This document shows positions 59,303 through 64,000 of a stretch of 64,000 bases of DNA, piece by piece. The DNA is taken from positions 49,128 to 113,127 of the forward strand of contig DATAYM010000017.1 of the NCBI GenBank assembly GCA_036272595.1, given 5' to 3'. The notes under the pieces are model-generated. The model did no database searches and was not told where the DNA came from. It saw only the letters and a program-made list of their open reading frames with translations. Source of the DNA: Caulobacteraceae bacterium (lineage in GTDB: Bacteria; Pseudomonadota; Alphaproteobacteria; Caulobacterales; Caulobacteraceae). Both the position numbers and the translations under genes were made by a program. Positions within the stretch are counted from its first letter, which is position 1, and each line of letters begins with the position of its first letter.

Positions 59303-59429
59303 GGCGCCCCGGCGCCGTTCCCGAAAACTCTGTCCCACGAACGCAGTGATATGCCGCTCCATCCCGCTCGACTGAATTCTCAGATGTCGACAGCTTCGGG
59401 CGAAATGGCGCTCTCCAAGCACCTTGCGA

Positions 59430-60572
59430 TCAGCCGTGCGCGATCCTCTGCCTGCGGGAACGGCGAGCCAGCCACAGGCTGACGCCGGTCGCCCAAAGCA
59501 GCGCCGGCAAGAGCCCGCTGCACAGCACGAGGATCGTCCACCATGCCCCCAGGCCGGCCCCTCGATGCAGGCCTCGCAGGCGCGTCGCAATCCCAGGCCG
59601 GGAGAGCTCGCCCGCTGATCGATCGACCTTCGCGATGGTTGCGCGGAAGGGATCGACGAACACGGTGACCGGCGCCGGACGCCCAATATCCAGATGGACG
59701 GCCGCGGCTCGACCGGACGTTCCCCCGATGGTCACCTTTCTGGGGATCCCGTCCGGGTAGGCGCGCCGGGCGATATCGACCGCCTCCTGCGGACCGGTTT
59801 CGAGGGCGCGGCGAGCATACGGGATCACAGGTCCGTCATCGCCGCGCCCCGCCGGCGACGCCATCGGATCAAACGTCTTCGGAAAAGCGATGACGACCCC
59901 GGAGATGCTGACGACCAGGAAGACCGCAAGCGGCCAAACGCCCGTAACGGCGTGCAGATCGCGGTAAACGCGCCAGGGCGCCGCGTGGACTCGGACGGAG
60001 AGGGCCCGCCGCCAGCGGCCGCGCCTTGGCCACCGGAGAATGACGCCACTGAGCCCCATTGCCGTCATGGCGACCCCAAGCCAGCCGACGACCGCCCGCC
60101 CGCCTGGTCCCATGAGCAGGTTGCCGTGCAGCTGGTGCGCGAACACCAGAACGGACGGCTCGAGCGCATCGCGAGCTTGCAGAACCTTGCCGGTCACGGG
60201 ATCGATGAAGAGTTCCACGCCGCCGTCCATGGCCGGCATGCCCGCCGCTGACGTATGTCTGGAAGGGGGGCCGACCATGGGCGACATGCGTCCGACCCGC
60301 ACGACGACCGCATCGCCGGGCCTCTGGGGAAGCGCGATTTCCAGACGCTTGTCCCCGCCCGCTCCCGTGGCGATGGCCGCAATTCTATCCAGCGAAAGGG
60401 CCGCGCCGCGGCCTGGGGCGGCGGGGGACGGCCAGAGGATGCGGGTGATCGCGTCCTCGTAGACCAGCAGGCTGCCTGACAGCCCAAGGACCGCGAAAAA
60501 CAGCCCAAGCACGAGACCCAGCCAAAGGTGTATCTGGCCCAAAACGAGCCGGGTTGCGCGGAGACCTTTCAT
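59430..60572 (-). CDS. PepSY-associated TM helix protein
   Basis: QIHLWLGL; QLHGNLL; DLHAVTG; LRGLHRG. Confidence 0.88.
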   Translation of the reverse strand: MKGLRATRLVLGQIHLWLGLVLGLFFAVLGLSGSLLVYEDAITRILWPSPAAPGRGAALSLDRIAAIATGAGGDKRLEIALPQRPGDAVVVRVGRMSPMVGPPSRHTSAAGMPAMDGGVELFIDPVTGKVLQARDALEPSVLVFAHQLHGNLLMGPGGRAVVGWLGVAMTAMGLSGVILRWPRRGRWRRALSVRVHAAPWRVYRDLHAVTGVWPLAVFLVVSISGVVIAFPKTFDPMASPAGRGDDGPVIPYARRALETGPQEAVDIARRAYPDGIPRKVTIGGTSGRAAAVHLDIGRPAPVTVFVDPFRATIAKVDRSAGELSRPGIATRLRGLHRGAGLGAWWTILVLCSGLLPALLWATGVSLWLARRSRRQRIAHG

Positions 60573-60620
60573 GCGGTGTTTAAAGGCAGGTTGCCCCAGA
60601 CAAGTCGCTGTCGCTTCGGG

Positions 60621-61097
60621 TCAGCGCACGTGGATATGACCGACCATGCCGGCCTGGGCATGGCCGGGCAGATCGCAGGCATAGAGGAACTCGCCAGCGC
60701 GCGTGAAGCGCCAGGTCAAGCTGCGCGTCTGGCCAGGTTTGAGGTCCAGTTCGTTGGGGTCGTCCATCTTCATGCCTGGCATCTGCTGCATCTCACGCTG
60801 ATGCTGGGCCTGGAAGGCGGCGTCGCCGATCACGAATTCATGGGCGACCCGTCCCTGGTTGGACACCATGAAGCGCACGGTTTCTCCCCGCCGGATCTGG
60901 ACGGCGTCGGATTTATAGCGGGTATCGATAGCGGTGATGGCGATCGTCCGATCCGCCACCCGTCCGGGCTCGCCAAAGGCCGCCCATTCGGGGGAAGCTC
61001 CGCCCATGCCCGGCATCGCGGGCATGGCGGCGGCGGCTCCAAATGCGACGCTCGCAAGTACGCCTGCGAAGACGGGCGACCAGGTGATCTGCTGCAT
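60621..61097 (-). CDS. Periplasmic cupredoxin (CopI-like)
   Basis: HEFVIG; Met-rich stretch; CDLPGHAQAGM type-1 copper site. Confidence 0.88.
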   Translation of the reverse strand: MQQITWSPVFAGVLASVAFGAAAAMPAMPGMGGASPEWAAFGEPGRVADRTIAITAIDTRYKSDAVQIRRGETVRFMVSNQGRVAHEFVIGDAAFQAQHQREMQQMPGMKMDDPNELDLKPGQTRSLTWRFTRAGEFLYACDLPGHAQAGMVGHIHVR

Positions 61098-61275
61098 GTG
61101 CTCCATCCGGGCGCTTGAGTGATGCGCCTGACCGACGCCAGAAGCCACGACTGTTGTGTTCAAGGTCGACGGTCATCGAAGCGCCGCCTGGAGTTTGCAA
61201 GCCAGGAAGAGCCCAGTCCAACCTAAACCGTATTCCCGGAATATTTCCCGCGCTCCGAGCGCCAATTCGACGTTG

Positions 61276-62631
61276 CTATTCGGCGCTTGGAGACACGCTG
61301 TCGGGGATGGGCGCCTCAACCACGACGGACCAGCCGCCGAGCGTCCCGGGGGTGATGGACAATTGGCCTCCGAGAGCCTCCACCCGCTCGCGCATGCCGA
61401 CAAGGCCGAAACCGGTCTCCTGTCCGGCGAGCCGCTCGCCGACACCATCGTCGGCGACCTGCACCCGCATCAGCCGTGACGGGGTGACCGCGATCTCGAC
61501 GTCGATCCGCCGGGGATGCGCATGGCGGACCGCGTTGGTCAGCCCTTCCTGGATCGTTCGATAGGCGAGCTCCTGCAGAGCGTAGGGAAGCCGGGCGTCG
61601 AGCGGCGCCATGCGGCGCGTGATCTCGATCTCGGGCTTTCGAGAGCGCCAGAAATCGAAGAGCTCCTCGATCGCGGCGTCCAGGCCGATCTCCACGAACT
61701 TGGTCGGCCGAAGCCGGGTCAGGATCTCCCGCACATGATGTTGCGCCTGGCTGATCGCGCCGCCGATAGCGCGCACGAGCCGCGCCGTTTCGTGGTCGCC
61801 CCTGCCCTCAAGCGCGCGACACGCCACCGTGGCGTCGATGCTGGCCGCGAAGAGATGCGGGCCGATCTCGTCGTGGAGATCGCGCGCGAGCTCCGACCGT
61901 TCCTCGTCCTGAAGCTTGAGGATCTGCTCCTCCAGCATCCGGGTGCGGCGGTGCATGGCGGCCAGATCCGCCGCCATGACGTTGAAGCTCTCCGAGAGAC
62001 GGACAAGTTCGGCGGGGCCTTGTTCAGGCACACGGGCGTCATAGTTGCCGGCCCCGACGCGCCGGAAAGCCGCGGTGAGCGCCTGCAGCGGCCGCAGGGC
62101 GCGATCGAGGGTCAGGTAGACAAGGACCAGGCCCGCCACGCTGACGAGCAGGATCAGGATCACGGCGTTGCGGAATTGGACCCAGGCATCGCCGGCGTCG
62201 GCCCCGGGCTCGGCCGATAGGATCATGGCGCCGCCGCTGTCCAAGGGCATTCGAACATCGGGGACGTGCGGGTCCACGATGTGCTTGAACCAGGCCGGCG
62301 CGCGCCAGGCGGGCTCCAGCGGGATCGAACGCGCCCGCACCGCCGGCCCCGGCGCCGCAAGGCTGATCGACATGTGCCGATCGCCGTCGAAGCTTCGAAG
62401 CAGTTCGCGCAGATTCGCCGCTGCGGTGGCGCCGGTGGCGGTTTGCGACAGGACCCGCTGATGGCCGCTCACCAGCGCTGCTGAAAGCTCGTCCTTCAGG
62501 GCCCGCCGTTCCATGAGCACGGACGCGGCGAGTCCGACAACCGCGCCTAAGGCGACCACGATCATGATCGCGGTCAGAACCCTCGCCTTGAGGGACGCCG
62601 TGGTCGTCGCGCTTGTGGGATCCATCGTCAA
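61276..62631 (-). CDS. HAMP sensor histidine kinase, NarX-type (HisKA_3)
   Basis: ERSELARDLHDEIG; QEGLTNAVRHA; GFGLVGMRERV. Confidence 0.92.
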   Translation of the reverse strand: MTMDPTSATTTASLKARVLTAIMIVVALGAVVGLAASVLMERRALKDELSAALVSGHQRVLSQTATGATAAANLRELLRSFDGDRHMSISLAAPGPAVRARSIPLEPAWRAPAWFKHIVDPHVPDVRMPLDSGGAMILSAEPGADAGDAWVQFRNAVILILLVSVAGLVLVYLTLDRALRPLQALTAAFRRVGAGNYDARVPEQGPAELVRLSESFNVMAADLAAMHRRTRMLEEQILKLQDEERSELARDLHDEIGPHLFAASIDATVACRALEGRGDHETARLVRAIGGAISQAQHHVREILTRLRPTKFVEIGLDAAIEELFDFWRSRKPEIEITRRMAPLDARLPYALQELAYRTIQEGLTNAVRHAHPRRIDVEIAVTPSRLMRVQVADDGVGERLAGQETGFGLVGMRERVEALGGQLSITPGTLGGWSVVVEAPIPDSVSPSAE

Positions 62632-62731
62632 GGCTTGCCCGAGGCCGGCCCATGGGCCGCGGCGGCGTGAGCCTGGCGCGGCCGCCCGGTCCAGGCATGG
62701 GAGGCGGCATGCCCTGGCGGCGGCGTCGCGA

Positions 62732-63346
62732 TCATGTCAGCCCCGCATCGAGCGCCAGCCGGACCAGGTCGGTCGTGCGTCCGACGCCCAGCTTTGATTT
62801 GATGAAGCTGCAGTTGTTGGCCACGGTCTTGTAACTCACACCGAGCGCCACGGCGATGTCCGTCAGGCTCGCGCCGCGGCTGAGTTGGCGGAGGATCTCG
62901 AGCTCCCTCGGGCTGAGGTTGTCGAGCGTGCTCTTCGCGGTCCCGTCTTCCAGGACCAGGGACTGAGCCACTTCGGCTTCGACATAGCGGCCGCCCGACG
63001 CCAGCCTTTGGATGGCGACCAGAATCTCATCGGGACTTGCGTTTTTGGTGACGTAACCCTGCGCGCCGGCATCCAGCGCCCGCCGCACATAGAGCGGCTC
63101 AACGTGCATGGTGAGAACAAGAACGCGTTTCGCGCCTTCGTCGATCAGCTGCCGCAACAGCTCGATGCCGCCCAGGGCCGGCAGGTCGAGGTCCAGGATG
63201 ATCAGGTCCGGGCGAAACTCGGCCAGCAACTCCAAGGCCTCCCGGCCGTTCACCGCCTCGCGAAACTGATGATCGCCGTGGACAGCCAGCAGCTTGGCCA
63301 TGCCCTCGCGAACGATCGCGTGGTCGTCGACGATCAGGACTCTCAT
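62732..63346 (-). CDS. NarL/LuxR family response regulator
   Basis: MRVLIVDDH; DLIILDLDLP; LSPRELEIL; SYKTVAN. Confidence 0.93.
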   Translation of the reverse strand: MRVLIVDDHAIVREGMAKLLAVHGDHQFREAVNGREALELLAEFRPDLIILDLDLPALGGIELLRQLIDEGAKRVLVLTMHVEPLYVRRALDAGAQGYVTKNASPDEILVAIQRLASGGRYVEAEVAQSLVLEDGTAKSTLDNLSPRELEILRQLSRGASLTDIAVALGVSYKTVANNCSFIKSKLGVGRTTDLVRLALDAGLT

Positions 63347-63698
63347 CCAGGACGGTTCCATCCGGTCGACGCGATCCCGGCTCAGCCGAGAGCCACGCGG
63401 GCCTACGTTCTGCGTTGCGCGGAAGTTCTACTGTATCCCCGATGACACGCCCACAAGCCGGAATAGCCGATCGGGAATAATTCCCGAAGTCTGCGGGAAG
63501 GCCCGGCATAGTTATGGCGGAACGTCTGTCGTAACAGCGGCGCGGATGTCGCGAACTCACCGTCTCGTTGGATTCGTTGCTGATCTTGCAGGTTCCTGTC
63601 GTGGGCCGAAGACGCTTTGGTCGATCGATGTCCACGGCGGCGGCTGGGAGCAGCGACAGCGACGCGTGACGCCGGGGCCGGCATAGAGGGTGATTTCG

Positions 63699-64000
63699 AT
63701 GAATCTGAAAAGTTCGAAGCCAGCGCTTCTGGCCGGATCGGCCGTCTTGGCGCTGGGGCTCCTCGGCGCAGGCGTTCTCGGCGCGGGCCCGGTGATGGCG
63801 CAGACGGCCGAACCGCCGGCGGCGACATCGGAGTCGGAGGCCGCGGTCATCGTGACGGCGAAACGGCTGAGCGCGGCGCGCGCGTCGATCCAGCCACGCA
63901 TCGGCGCCTCGACCTACACCATCGATTCCCAGGCGATCCAGACGCTGCCCGGCGGGGCGAACGTGCAGCTCAACCAGGTGGTGCTGCAGGCTCCGGGGGT
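63699..64000 (+). CDS. TonB-dependent receptor, N-terminal part (runs off the window)
   Basis: Signal peptide; TonB box-like VIVTA; IQPRIGASTYTI; LNQVVLQAPG. Confidence 0.75.
   Translation, partial: MNLKSSKPALLAGSAVLALGLLGAGVLGAGPVMAQTAEPPAATSESEAAVIVTAKRLSAARASIQPRIGASTYTIDSQAIQTLPGGANVQLNQVVLQAPG

Noticed and set aside
63490-63698. Riboswitch upstream of the TonB-dependent receptor
   Set aside because: No cobalamin, TPP or yybP-ykoY consensus recognisable by eye; an Infernal search is needed.

Overview
GC-rich alphaproteobacterial chromosome segment, probably Caulobacteraceae (inferred from gene content and intergenic repeat types). The backbone carries purB, rpsD, trmJ, icd, alaS, recA and asnB, plus MFS/EmrAB-TolC efflux, several GSTs, SulP and a PAS hybrid kinase. 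Four accessory blocks interrupt it. (1) A decayed IS1595 element with a DUF3467 / RelE-like / DUF2283 passenger cassette lies between REP-like repeats (~4.6-6.9 kb). (2) A McrBC type IV restriction island with an unusually multi-domain McrB (~15.4-19.6 kb). (3) A ~13.2 kb Mu-like transposable element sits directly upstream of the recA promoter (~33.3-46.5 kb). It has an intact repressor/ner/A/B/gp16/mor early region but no terminase, portal, major capsid, sheath, tube, baseplate or lysis genes. It keeps a tightly overlapped mini late operon (HTH, protease-like, scaffold-motif peptide, tail chaperone with a -1 frameshift site, tape measure) and cargo including a RexAB/Kiwa-like gene pair. This is the best candidate for an undescribed system, a possible transposable phage satellite. 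(4) A trimeric autotransporter and a metal-homeostasis cluster (~48.7-64 kb). No rRNA, tRNA or CRISPR array was seen. All family calls are by-eye motif recognition and have not been checked by database search.
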